From an uncultured archaeon (GTDB lineage Archaea; Hadarchaeota; Hadarchaeia; Hadarchaeales; Hadarchaeaceae): DNA of 64,000 nucleotides. The stretch lies in the NCBI GenBank assembly GCA_937921735.1, contig CAKZTQ010000032.1:32169-96168 (forward strand), in the 5' to 3' direction. A program made the translations under genes and the position numbers. This document shows positions 50,035 through 59,985 of this stretch, piece after piece; position 1 is the first letter of the stretch; each line of letters opens with the position of its first letter. The notes under the pieces are model-generated. The model did not search any database. It was not told the DNA's origin and worked only from the letters and a program-made list of their open reading frames with translations.

Positions 50035-50478
50035 ATGAGGAAGGCGATACCCGCGTTGATCGCGATCGCGTTGGCGCTAGCGACGGCAGGGGTAGCGCTG
50101 GCGCAGACTAGGGATACGCAGGGTTGCGCGGAGAACAGGCCTCCCCTGCACTGGCGCTGGCGGGGGCTGCGAGGTCCATGTCTCAAGGAAATCCATCCCG
50201 CGCTCGAAGTAAGCGAGGAATTCCAGCAAAAGGTGATGCAAATAGCTAAGGCTGACCCAGACGTTCAGGAGCTACTCGACGCGGGTTACGAGAACGCGGG
50301 GATAAAGCCCATCGTTAAAGCGACGGTGCAGGGCAACGGCGAGGTGACGCTGAGGGCAAGCAAGGCCATACTAATGCTCCGCAAGGAGGGCGGCCGCGCG
50401 ATGGTGCACGTCGACGTCGAGGCGGAAAAGGTGACCAAGATAGTGAAGGTCGAGTGGACGGTGATCGAGAAATCTTAA
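50035..50478 (+). CDS. secreted hypothetical protein
   Basis: Signal peptide MRKAIPALIAIALALATAGVALA; SD GAGGTG. Confidence 0.65.
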   Translation: MRKAIPALIAIALALATAGVALAQTRDTQGCAENRPPLHWRWRGLRGPCLKEIHPALEVSEEFQQKVMQIAKADPDVQELLDAGYENAGIKPIVKATVQGNGEVTLRASKAILMLRKEGGRAMVHVDVEAEKVTKIVKVEWTVIEKS

Positions 50479-50513
50479 GCGGCGCAGCTAGAAAACTTAA
50501 AGTCGTGCTGAGC

Positions 50514-51350
50514 ATGTCTTACGCGCGATCCCGCCGGAGGAAGCGTGAGGCCGTTAGGCTTGGGACGGCGTTGGCTTTAGTCGCCGTCGCCGCCTTCCTA
50601 GCGGGGACCATCTTCGGCGTGGAAGTGCTGAGCCCCGCCCGCCACCGCCAGGTCTCCGGCCACGCTTGGACGACTTCCACGCAGGAGGCGTCGATAAGGA
50701 TAGCCGCCGTGCGCTCCGACGGGCCGGGCGTGATCTGCGGTCTGACGGTCACGATTAAACCGGGCATGGGTAGGATCTTCACCGACACCCGTCCTCTCAT
50801 TGGGTTGGACTTTCAGGACTCTGAGAGGATCGCCGTCAAAGTGGCGGCCGGGCTCACCGACGTAGCCTTAAACGAGAACGGCGGACTGATGGGCGCGGAC
50901 GTGTTCTTCGCCGTCTCGCCACCTGCGGAGGGCAGCGTCACCATCCAAGCGGTGGATGGGCCTAGCGCAGGCGCGGCGATGACGGTGGCGGTGGTTGCGG
51001 CGATCGAAAACAGAAAGGTCAAGGAGGACGTGATCATAACCGGCACGATCCGGGAAGACGGGAGCATAGGCCCGGTGGGCGGGATCTTCGAGAAGGCGAG
51101 GGCGGCGAACGACTTCGGTGCGAGGCTCTTCCTCGTACCCAAGGGGCAGAGCGTGGTGATCATGTACAGGGAGGTCGTGCGCCAAGCTGGGCCGTTCAGG
51201 TTCGTGACCTACGAGCCGGTGGTCGTCGACCTCAACTCGTACGCTGAGAACGCGGGTTGGAGCATCCGCATCTTGGAGGTCTCCAACATCCAAGAAGCTG
51301 TGGACCTGATGCTAGAGGCAAGGCCAGCGATCGAGGGAGGGCTGCTGTAG
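50514..51350 (+). CDS. membrane-anchored Lon-like S16 serine protease
   Basis: DGPSAGAAM (Ser), TGTI..DGSIGPVGG..EK (Lys), N-terminal TM. Confidence 0.88.
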   Translation: MSYARSRRRKREAVRLGTALALVAVAAFLAGTIFGVEVLSPARHRQVSGHAWTTSTQEASIRIAAVRSDGPGVICGLTVTIKPGMGRIFTDTRPLIGLDFQDSERIAVKVAAGLTDVALNENGGLMGADVFFAVSPPAEGSVTIQAVDGPSAGAAMTVAVVAAIENRKVKEDVIITGTIREDGSIGPVGGIFEKARAANDFGARLFLVPKGQSVVIMYREVVRQAGPFRFVTYEPVVVDLNSYAENAGWSIRILEVSNIQEAVDLMLEARPAIEGGLL

Positions 51351-51422
51351 TCACTTTTCGGCCGGCCGTGACCGCTAGCTCTCAAATTTATTAGAGCGGA
51401 CGAAATTACAACAGGGGTTTAA

Positions 51423-52118
51423 ATGCGGATCATGGTGGTGAATCCCATCACCACGCGCGAGTTCGAGCCGCTCACCAGGAGCGAGTTCGAGGCAGCCGCG
51501 AGAGCCGACGTTGAGATCGAGGTGGTGAGCTTGGACGAGGGTCCGCCCTCGATAGAATCGCGCTACGAGGAGCAGCTAGCGGCGAGGGATATCCTGAGGA
51601 AGGTCGAGAGGGCGAACGCGGAGGGCTACGACGCCGTGATCGTAAATTGCTTCGGGGACCCCGCAATAGGTGCTGCTAGGGAAATCTCGAGGATCCCCGT
51701 CATCGGACCAGGCGAGGCTTCGTTCTTGCTCGCCTGCTGCCTCGGGCAGAACTTCTCCGTGGTCACGATGGTAGACAGCTTGGTGCCGGTGGTGGTCGAG
51801 AACCTTCGTAGGCTTGGCCTCTTGGATAGGTTGGCCTCGGTGAGGACGCTGGAGATACCCGTGTTAGAGTTGATGGACAGGGCGAGGGTCAAGTCCGCCC
51901 TGTTGGAGGCATCGAGGAAGGCGGTGAGCGAGGACCGCGCGCAGGTGATAGTCTTGGGGTGCACGGGACTCGTAGGACTGGCGGCGGAGGTTCAGGGGGA
52001 GCTAGGGGTTCCGGTCGTGGACCCGGCGATAGCCTCGCTGAAACTCGCCGAGGCCTTGGTCGACATGAGGCTATCTCACAGCAAGGCGACGTACGCAAAG
52101 CCTAAGGGGACCAAATAG
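51423..52118 (+). CDS. Asp/Glu/hydantoin racemase family protein
   Basis: VVNP, GPPSIE, NCFGDP, LGCTG, PVVDP. Confidence 0.88.
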   Translation: MRIMVVNPITTREFEPLTRSEFEAAARADVEIEVVSLDEGPPSIESRYEEQLAARDILRKVERANAEGYDAVIVNCFGDPAIGAAREISRIPVIGPGEASFLLACCLGQNFSVVTMVDSLVPVVVENLRRLGLLDRLASVRTLEIPVLELMDRARVKSALLEASRKAVSEDRAQVIVLGCTGLVGLAAEVQGELGVPVVDPAIASLKLAEALVDMRLSHSKATYAKPKGTK

Positions 52119-52209
52119 CGCCGTTGTCTTTTCTCTTCGTCGATGGATGGGCTCAAGCCTTTCACAGCTCCGCGCGCTTTCTGGCGCGAAAAAAAAGCTT
52201 CTAGAACTA

Positions 52210-52297
52210 TGGTGCGGGGGCGGGGATTTGAACCCCGGAACCCCTACGGGACAGGCTCCTAAAGCCTGCGCCTTTGACCAGGCTCGGCCACCCCCGC
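52210..52297 (-). tRNA. tRNA-Leu(TAG)
   Basis: GCGGGGGTGGCCGAGCCTGGTCAAAGGCG-CAGGC-TTTAGGA-GCCTG, long variable arm, encoded CCA. Confidence 0.96.
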
Positions 52298-52304
52298 ACG
52301 ATGC

Positions 52305-52517
52305 CTACCAAAGCTTCCCCGGCTTTCCGCTTGCCTGCGAGGCGCGCTGGGCCATCCGCTCCAGCCTGGCCTCCTTCTTGCCCCTCTTGAAGCAGCCCCT
52401 GCAGTACCACTTGCCCGTCGTCTTCTTCGCGCAGGCGCGGTGGAGCTCTACGCCGCAGCCATTGCACTTGACCGTCGGCGGCTCCAGCGGCTTCCTACAT
52501 TCAGGGCATTCGATCAT
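52305..52517 (-). CDS. small C4-H-C3 (PHD-finger-like) zinc-binding protein
   Basis: CPEC-x10-CNGC-x4-H-x2-C-x7-WYCRGC followed by a basic tail. Confidence 0.7.
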   Translation of the reverse strand: MIECPECRKPLEPPTVKCNGCGVELHRACAKKTTGKWYCRGCFKRGKKEARLERMAQRASQASGKPGKLW

Positions 52518-52860
52518 CGTCTCGCCTTTTCGCTGGCACAGTAGCAACGAATTATTTGGGAACTTCCCACCTTAATCCTTTCTCGCGCGTTTGGGGTCCG
52601 GCAGGTCCGAGTTAAAAGATGGAAATCAAGCCGGTCTTTCCCTTCGAAGTTCAACAGGGTCTTCTGACCTCAATTGATTGGTAAAGGAGTAGAGAGCTCC
52701 ACCAAGCATGAAGTGCATCTCCCAAATGTTTTTGGCGTCTCCGCGTCTTGAAAGATTATGTGCTCGCTCAAACCAGGTGAAGTGCTCTTTCGACGTAAAA
52801 ATTCAGGCGAAGTAAGAATTTCGAAGGAGAACCCTAAGGGAGAGATTTTAAGTGGTCACG

Positions 52861-55800
52861 TTACCGCCGCTTCTTGAGGAAAACAGCCAGCCCAGCTACT
52901 ATCACTACGACAAGGCCGATGCCGATGATAACCTCAGGTTTGGGTTTGGCCTCTGGAGGCCTTTCCTCAGGGGGTTTCCCCTCAGGCTTCTCGGACTTAA
53001 GTTGTATGTTTTCGTCCCAGCTGCCATCGCTGCCTCGATCGATTTCCACATTGACTTCACCAGTGCTCATTCCTTTCCACGAGGTAGGAGTAACACGCTG
53101 AGTTTCGCCGCCGCCTAGGAAAATGTTCTTATGCTCGAAGGACTGCAGTGTTTCATTTTCAGCGAGGTAATCCACCCTGAGGTCATAGTATGTCGCGGCG
53201 CCATCGTTGCGGACGATAACCGCGTCCCCTTCGGGTGTGGTGGAAAACGTTATGTTTCCGCTGTGGGTCTTGATGTTGTCCAAGGTGAACATCCTAGCCG
53301 TCCTTTCTTTCTCAAATTCCCTAACCAGCTTGTAGCTGAATTTCTTCGAATCCGGGGTCGAAAACGTGGTGGAGAGCTCCCGGGGCCTGAAGGTTATACT
53401 GTCTTTCGAGCCCGCCGAAGTTTCCACATCAAATGTCATCAGCATCCCATCCATGGGCATGTAGAGGAAGTCGTACTTCCCCGATTCCCTACCGAAAACC
53501 TCGATCTGGTGGGACTTCGGGGGGGCGTAAAACAATCGAACCGAGGAATTCGCCCCTTCGGCTGGAAGGGGTATGGGCAGGCAATATGGCATGCCGGTCG
53601 CAGGATTTATGTTTAGCCCACCTTCCGTGGTGAAGGACTGGTGCCCCTCGTTGTCCGCCATTTGTGTCGGCTCGGCGCTGCCTATGAGGGCTAAAAAGGT
53701 CCAATCGGCTATCAGCTCAGGTAGATCCTCCAACCCGGGAAGATCAGGATCTCCGCGGAGCAGACTTACGGGGATGGTCAAAATCCAGTCGTTGCCCCAT
53801 TCCTCACCGTTTGACATTTTGTACGTCCATGAGTTCCCGCGGCTTGGGTCGATGTAGATTGCGCTGTTGTCGTCCGATGTTTCCGTGTAACTGAATGGTT
53901 TGTTTGGGTCGTATACCCTGATGAGCTTTCTACCATCGGGAAGGTCCTCCATGGCGTAAGCCGTCACAGTGTGGGCTCCACCCGTGTGATCTTTAAACAT
54001 GGCAACGTAACAGGGGAGCCCGGATCCCCCGATGTCCTCAAGCATCTTACTGGACCACCTATTCCAATTACTGCGAGCCGGGATAATGGTGGAAAAGCGC
54101 CTGATGAATTCCGTCGATACAATCCACCACTGTCGCTTCCTTATGTAATCCTCTAAACCCTCATCGGGTTCAGCCAATCCAAGGTTCTTCGAAGCAGCAT
54201 GCGGCAAGTTCGGATGATCTTCCCAGCTGGTTCGGGCGATATCCTCCGCTATATCGTAAGCCGAAACTGACATGCCGGTGCAGTTTCCCCCTCTCCCGAT
54301 CGGAATAACGTTCCATAAAAGCCAGGGAATGAACCGAGGCACTCGTCCCCAAGGCGTCCAGGAGGTAGTTTCATCCCAGCCGAAGAAGTCTGCGAACTGC
54401 TCGAAACCGATGGGTCCGGAGGAGAAGTTTGGAAAAGAGAATCCCCTGTCCCTCCGGAACATATAGCCATGGAGGGGGAAACCGGTGGTCACGGAGTTCT
54501 CGTTGCCATCCAGATTCACCTTGAGCTTAAGCTTCCCAATGACCGTCGATTGCCCTGGGGTGAACAAGCTCCGCCAGGGGGAAAAGTCCCGGGGGTAGGG
54601 TGCTACTACGGTGTGGTATTCTCCACCTGCACCTATGGCTATGCCGCTGATCGGAAGACTTACCTCGATCCCTTCGGCCTCGATCGAAAGCCCGTTGATG
54701 AAATTTTCCGTTAGGATTTCAGGTAGGCCCCAGACAAAGGCGTTGAGGTTTTCCCCGAAGATGTCCCTTATGTTCCACTCCATCCTCAAGACATGCAGGT
54801 CAAATAACCCAGCAGCGCTATCACCAAAATTATCAAACACCTGCACCTTCACTTTATATCGCCCGCTGGGAAGTCCGTTATCGGGTGAATTAAATCGAAC
54901 CGTGAGCTGGTCTCCTGAAACTGATCGAGTCCAGGTCAAGCCGTCGGGGAGGTCCTTGCCGTAAATTCCCGATCCCACCGTGACCTGGTAAGGCGGCAGC
55001 CCTCCGCTGAATTGGACCTGGGCTCTGTACTTGGCCCCTTGGACCGCGGGTGGTAGGAATCGCCCCGCGGTGATCAGCTCGAGGGCCTGCCTGGGCCTTA
55101 CGGTGATGGCAAAACTTCTTTGCTCCAGGAGGCCCGAGTTGTCAACCACCCTCACCTCGAATCTGTGTTCCTTCACGGCCTCGGTGGGAGTGCCCGAGAT
55201 GAGCGCTAACCTCGAGAGGTCGATGGGATATTTCATTCCTTGGGAAAAGCTCAAACCGGGGGGCAAGGTCCCAAGCAGGGTCCAAGTATAAGGGCCTGTT
55301 CCGCCGAGGACCTCGAGCCGGGCGCTGAACGAGTTATCCACCCTCCCCTCGAGCTCGACATCCGGGATACGAAGGCCTTCCAGGCGCCTCCACGAGGGGC
55401 ACCCCATCCACTCATTGCGTGCTGTTAAGGAGAACACTCCGAGGAAAATCCCTGTAGTGTATCCTATATCCTTCAGAAGTTTATTTTCAGTGACTTGGAC
55501 TCGATCATTTTCGATCTTCAGCTTCATCACCCAAAGCTCTTGGATTGTTCCATCCAAGCCCGACCTCATCCTTATGAAGGCAATTTCCCTCGAATCGGGG
55601 GACCAAGAAGGGGAGATCTCCCACTCGGAGGTGGAGGTGAGTTGGAAGACCCGCCTCGTGTTAATGGGCCCCCAAGAGTCGGCAATGTAAATATCCGACT
55701 GAGTTTCGGTCTTCATTGAGCAGGCAATCCATTTTCCATCCGGAGACCAATCGGGGTTTATTTGATCTCTCGTGGTATAAGGTGGTACACCTGGGAGGGC

Positions 55801-56412
55801 GCGGTTCACGCTTGCAGGGTTGCTGATATCGAGCGTGTAGAGCTGGAACTTGTCGCCCTCGCGGTTGGAGGAGAACACTATCTTTGTGCCGTCTGGGGAG
55901 AAACATGGCCAGCGGTCTTGATGATTACCTGAGGTCAACTGCCTTTCAAGCAGGATATACCTACGTAGAGTCGGGCTCCACATCCATCCCTCGAAGAGGT
56001 AGAGGTTGGAGAAACGTCCAGTGGTGTCAAACCGCGAGAAAACTATTTTCGTACCGTCTGGAGAAATGGCTGGTTCAACATCATCGACATTGTTGTTGGT
56101 GATCCTGACTTGGTTCTCGCCGTCGGAATCCATCGTCCAAATCTCCGATGTATTTTCCACGATTCGGGCGAAAGCCACTTTTTTACCGTCCGTCGAGGCC
56201 GAGGGCTGGAATTCCCAGAAGTCGGGACTCTTGGTGAGGTTTGTTTCCCCACCCCCGGTAGCTAAAACGACCTTGACGTCGCCCTCCTCGGAGAAGTAGA
56301 TTTGAGCAGGGGTGGCGGAATAATTTGAGGCAGGAACCGGTTGTAAATTGAACAGAAAGCTGGTCAAAAGAACAAGTAGAACTAAGGGGATAAAATCTTT
56401 TTTAACGCTCAT
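52861..56412 (-). CDS. large cell-surface protein: signal peptide, TolB/PD40 propeller, Ig-like repeats, putative papain-like Cys peptidase domain, C-terminal TM anchor
   Basis: Repeated PxxSPDGxKIxF; GGTGPYTW...LPPGL; GNCTGMS/HTVTAY/VYDPN; TM followed by KKRR. Confidence 0.75.
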   Translation of the reverse strand: MSVKKDFIPLVLLVLLTSFLFNLQPVPASNYSATPAQIYFSEEGDVKVVLATGGGETNLTKSPDFWEFQPSASTDGKKVAFARIVENTSEIWTMDSDGENQVRITNNNVDDVEPAISPDGTKIVFSRFDTTGRFSNLYLFEGWMWSPTLRRYILLERQLTSGNHQDRWPCFSPDGTKIVFSSNREGDKFQLYTLDISNPASVNRALPGVPPYTTRDQINPDWSPDGKWIACSMKTETQSDIYIADSWGPINTRRVFQLTSTSEWEISPSWSPDSREIAFIRMRSGLDGTIQELWVMKLKIENDRVQVTENKLLKDIGYTTGIFLGVFSLTARNEWMGCPSWRRLEGLRIPDVELEGRVDNSFSARLEVLGGTGPYTWTLLGTLPPGLSFSQGMKYPIDLSRLALISGTPTEAVKEHRFEVRVVDNSGLLEQRSFAITVRPRQALELITAGRFLPPAVQGAKYRAQVQFSGGLPPYQVTVGSGIYGKDLPDGLTWTRSVSGDQLTVRFNSPDNGLPSGRYKVKVQVFDNFGDSAAGLFDLHVLRMEWNIRDIFGENLNAFVWGLPEILTENFINGLSIEAEGIEVSLPISGIAIGAGGEYHTVVAPYPRDFSPWRSLFTPGQSTVIGKLKLKVNLDGNENSVTTGFPLHGYMFRRDRGFSFPNFSSGPIGFEQFADFFGWDETTSWTPWGRVPRFIPWLLWNVIPIGRGGNCTGMSVSAYDIAEDIARTSWEDHPNLPHAASKNLGLAEPDEGLEDYIRKRQWWIVSTEFIRRFSTIIPARSNWNRWSSKMLEDIGGSGLPCYVAMFKDHTGGAHTVTAYAMEDLPDGRKLIRVYDPNKPFSYTETSDDNSAIYIDPSRGNSWTYKMSNGEEWGNDWILTIPVSLLRGDPDLPGLEDLPELIADWTFLALIGSAEPTQMADNEGHQSFTTEGGLNINPATGMPYCLPIPLPAEGANSSVRLFYAPPKSHQIEVFGRESGKYDFLYMPMDGMLMTFDVETSAGSKDSITFRPRELSTTFSTPDSKKFSYKLVREFEKERTARMFTLDNIKTHSGNITFSTTPEGDAVIVRNDGAATYYDLRVDYLAENETLQSFEHKNIFLGGGETQRVTPTSWKGMSTGEVNVEIDRGSDGSWDENIQLKSEKPEGKPPEERPPEAKPKPEVIIGIGLVVVIVAGLAVFLKKRR

Positions 56413-56470
56413 ATGTTCTTTTATTTTTCTTGAAATAAAATATAAACGTTTTGTCAACATTTCAGCGAGC

Positions 56471-57230
56471 TCATTTTCTTTTGAGAATACTTCTTTTGTT
56501 CCCCTTTTCCGGAAAATTTGATAATCGGCAGTGGTAACTCGTGATGCTCGCTTTGCCCTTTGGTGCTAAGCTAGGATCGGCATTTGAGTTAATGACAATG
56601 TCGTAACCCTCATCGAGATTCTTGATGAGCGTTGGGTATCCAAATAAGTTCAAATCTACTCCCAAGAATACAGCGAAGCAAGAGGGAGACATCTTCAAAT
56701 TCTTTACGTACCCAATAATCTTACCATTCAAGTCCCTTTTTCCAACAGTTCCAAAAAGTGGTCTTCGCATTTGCGTTGGACACGATAGGACTTCTGAAAG
56801 TTTTTTGTCTCCAACTCTTACCCCTTTAACTTCCCCTCCTTCAACAATTATTTTGTCCACTTTATGATCGACTAAGACCTTCCCGCCGTTAAGCTCGATT
56901 GTTTCTTTAAACCTTGTTTGCAAATCTTTACACCCCTCCTTTTGGAAAATGCCCTCCTTGCAGGTAATAGGAAACGCATCGGTAAGTCGCTGGCCGCAAG
57001 AGTTAGATCCATTAAATTGAAGTCCTTCTTCCAAATTTGAGACGTCACGAGAATCAAAGAAATCGTGAGAGGAATGGTTACGCCTAATTCGTCTCCCATG
57101 CCGCACAAAACCCATTAAAAAATCCAAGGAACGAAGGAAACGAGTATATAACATGCCGGGAATTTTCTTTCCATCCTAAATCCCTAATCGTTCATCTGAC
57201 CACAAAACCATCTTATCGAGCTGTTAGCAT
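56471..57230 (-). pseudogene. degraded phytoene-dehydrogenase-like FAD oxidoreductase
   Basis: Fragments IELNGGKVLV..KVDKIIVEGGEVKGV, MSPSCFAVFLGVD, DPSLAPKGK interrupted by out-of-frame segments; no N-terminal Rossmann motif. Confidence 0.6.
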
Positions 57231-57275
57231 GAAATCAAAGGAGAAACTAGATCAGAGAGAAGAACTAAAATCTAG

Positions 57276-57395
57276 TGCCCCGGGCGGGATTTGAACCCGC
57301 GTCGCCGGCTTTCCTCACCAGTGCACGAAAGGCCGACATGATTGGCCTTTGGACAGAGGCGCTGCCCAAAGTTGGCCCGTCTACACCACCGGGGC
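57276..57395 (-). tRNA. tRNA-Glu(TTC) with two introns (21/22 at 57371-57342; 37/38 at 57325-57311)
   Basis: Removing the 30-nt and 15-nt BHB-bounded introns gives a 75-nt cloverleaf GCCCCGGTGGTGTAGACGGGCCAATCATGTCGGCCTTTCGAGCCGGCGACGCGGGTTCAAATCCCGCCCGGGGCA; no encoded CCA. Confidence 0.9.
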
Positions 57396-57555
57396 ACATG
57401 CTGATGTTTCATCCAAAGGGATAAAATACCTGACGCAGCTTGAGCTGCTGAGTATGGGGCATTTCGCTGTAAAAATTTTAACCCAAACCCAAACTTACAA
57501 TTCAAAGCTTAAAAAATAATGCATAGTAGAACGATAATAAAGTTGTGATATTTGA

Positions 57556-57950
57556 ATGAGAAAACTTGAAGAAATAGTCGAAGAAGTTACATGGATTTAT
57601 TCCCAGAGCAGTAATCAAGCCGAAGAATATATACTCAAAGCCAGAAAATTAACGGAAAAATTTGGCTCAGGCCTAGCGATAGTTTACTGTTGGTTTTACT
57701 CAATTCCCCAAAAATGGACTCAAGTTGAGCCTAAAATCTTTGAATTAGCGAAGGAAACAAACTTTTTAGACTTAACGCCATTTCGACGATGCCTAAGGAA
57801 AAACTAGAAACCTGTTGGATTTTTCGAGAGAGATAACTAACAGATTAGGGAAAAAGGGTTTAACGATGTTTCCATGATCAAATGGTCGCTTACGATATGG
57901 TTCGATAAAACAAACATTCATGCAGATGAGCTATTGAGGTACGTTATACA
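57556..57950 (+). pseudogene. frameshifted/degraded gene remnant
   Basis: 83-aa ORF that loses protein-like character near 57770; protein-like fragments follow in other frames. Confidence 0.4.
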
Positions 57951-58079
57951 TTTCAACTTCTTGATTTTTCTTGATTTATTTAAGGGAGCCTCCAGCTGCT
58001 TCGGATTGCTACATTTTAACGTCAAAATTAGGAAATAAAAAAAATTAAAACTTATAATTTCCATCATATCATTGATTAG

Positions 58080-59027
58080 ATGATTGGAATGAAGGTATTC
58101 CTTGCGTCTGGCTTCTTTAAGAACATTAAGAGAAGTGTTATGGATGGTGTGAAGGCCGATGAACTAGAGGTTAGAGACCACTTGCTTAAGGAGAAAATTC
58201 TCAAATACTATGGTGATGGCCCAATCAAGCTGTGGGCTTTGAAGGAGCCTCTTCATGATCGCTGGGCCTCCATCGATGAGGAGGATTACGTATTATTCTA
58301 TCATGCGGGCAAGTTTATCTATGTTGGCAGGGTATCCTTCAAATATCCATTTGCTGAAGAAAATAAGCAAATAAAAGCTGGCGGTTATTTAGCGGAAAGT
58401 GTTTGGGGTAGGGATGTTAACGGCGAAACTTGGCCCCTCCTCTTTTTCTTGAAAGATGTAAGGGAGATAGATCTACCCTTATCTAAACTCAACGAGTTGG
58501 CAGGATATAACTTGACGTCTGTAAGGGGATTTATGAAGATGCAGGAGAAGAAGGGTCAAAATGTTATTGAATATTTGCAGCAAGTTTACCTTAAACCTCC
58601 TGTTAAACCTCCGGCTAAGCCCTTAGAGTTAATCCAGCACGATGAGATAGTTGATGCTATCTATGCTCTTGGCGAGCTAATAGGATATAAGCCTGAAAGG
58701 AAATGGAGGCATAAAAGGTATGAGTTCGATGTCGTATGGCACAAGCCTCCTAGGATCGGCCCGAAATATGTGTTTGAAGTCCATGTAAAGGGAAGCTTGG
58801 AGAAAGCTCTACTAAGGCTTAAGCATGCCTATGACTTGTGGGAATCTCAAATATTTCTAGTCTCGACAGAAGATCAGCTTGAAGAGGCCCAATCAAAATT
58901 TCTAGGCGAGCTTCACGAGCTTAAAGACAAAGTGACCCTCCTAAATATAAAAGACGTCGAAGAGTTTTACGGTTTTAAAGGAAAATTCGAGTGGCTTGAG
59001 AGGAAGTTCGGATTAAAACCGACATAA
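58080..59027 (+). CDS. EVE/PUA-like domain + PD-(D/E)xK nuclease
   Basis: WAL...W.SIDEEDYVLFY..GKFIYVGRV...WPLLFFL (EVE-like); HDEI...G...FDVVW...FEVH nuclease motif. Confidence 0.6.
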   Translation: MIGMKVFLASGFFKNIKRSVMDGVKADELEVRDHLLKEKILKYYGDGPIKLWALKEPLHDRWASIDEEDYVLFYHAGKFIYVGRVSFKYPFAEENKQIKAGGYLAESVWGRDVNGETWPLLFFLKDVREIDLPLSKLNELAGYNLTSVRGFMKMQEKKGQNVIEYLQQVYLKPPVKPPAKPLELIQHDEIVDAIYALGELIGYKPERKWRHKRYEFDVVWHKPPRIGPKYVFEVHVKGSLEKALLRLKHAYDLWESQIFLVSTEDQLEEAQSKFLGELHELKDKVTLLNIKDVEEFYGFKGKFEWLERKFGLKPT

Positions 59028-59041
59028 ATATTTCGGATGAG

Positions 59042-59081
59042 AAATTTTTACCCCTTGCCTTTGGGTTTGGGGTAAAAATTT
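59042..59081. terminator. 13-bp inverted repeat downstream of the nuclease gene
   Basis: AAATTTTTACCCC-N14-GGGGTAAAAATTT. Confidence 0.4.
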
Positions 59082-59347
59082 TAACCCTTAAAGAAACAAA
59101 ATATATTTTGGTAGACACTAAACGAGGAACCATAACAACGAAACCGGTAGACAACGACATCCATCCCCTTACTCGAGTTCCTCGTGGGAAACGGTGGAGA
59201 GTCATTCGAACGAATAAGAACAACCAGTGAAGGCATGGGAGATAGCCAAGGAGACGGGACGAGCTTTGGGTATGAGGTTTTGTGGCAGGCGAGGAGAGAG
59301 GGCGTATTACCATCATCCAAACCCGGGAGACCACGCAAGGTGAAGCC

Positions 59348-59701
59348 ATGACGTATTGGAAATGCAAGGAATGCGGGAGGATCTGGCTCGAGGAGGTGCC
59401 CCTAAATTACGAGAGATGTCCCTTCTGCGAGGCATCACCGAACTTCGAGAGGGTCGCGAATCCGAGCAAGACCGACCTTCCCGATCAAAAGGAGATCCTG
59501 AGGTATCTCTCGAATCATGGGGGGTCGTCGACCAACGACGAGATGTATCGGGAGAAGTTGGGGGATGTGGGGAGGGGCTGGGACACGATACAAAAGCTCA
59601 AGAAGTTGGCGGACGAGGGGAAGGTAAGACGGGAGATCCAGCACATCTTCCAAGGAGGGAGGTGCGTGCGGACGATAATCAGATGGAGTTCGGTCTCTTA
59701 G
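59348..59701 (+). CDS. zinc-ribbon + winged-HTH protein
   Basis: WKCKECG...CPFC, then QKEILRYL..HGG...LKKLADEGKV; SD AGGTGA. Confidence 0.6.
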   Translation: MTYWKCKECGRIWLEEVPLNYERCPFCEASPNFERVANPSKTDLPDQKEILRYLSNHGGSSTNDEMYREKLGDVGRGWDTIQKLKKLADEGKVRREIQHIFQGGRCVRTIIRWSSVS

Positions 59702-59822
59702 TCAACGTGTCAATCGCAATATCCGCTTTTTCTTTCCAATTAAAAAGAGGTAAAAATCGGCTTAAATTCTCAAAAATTCGGTTATCAAACGATTTAAAAA
59801 GGAAAATCCTAGTTTAAATTTG

Positions 59823-59985
59823 TGAAAGTTCAATTAATTCATGAAAATCGACTTAACTCGTGAAAAATATGGAAAAACCCGGAAAAATTCAACTTGATTC
59901 CCAAAAATTCCTGGTTAATTTGAAAAATCCCATTAATTCTGAAAAAATTCGACTTAATTCTCGAAAAATTCGTGAAAAAATCCGG
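59823..59985. repeat. degenerate ~20-bp tandem repeats with phased A-tracts (consensus about GAAAAATTCGACTTAATTC)
   Basis: About 8 imperfect units starting near 59823, 59842, 59861, 59882, 59902, 59922, 59941 and 59963. Confidence 0.55.

Noticed and set aside
52620-52830. Possible decayed copy of the 58080-59027 nuclease C-terminus (FEVQ..., SQMFLAS)
   Set aside because: The similarity is too short and fragmented to support without an alignment.
59823-59985. Possible CRISPR array
   Set aside because: The repeats are degenerate and contiguous with no unique spacers, and there are no cas genes in the window.
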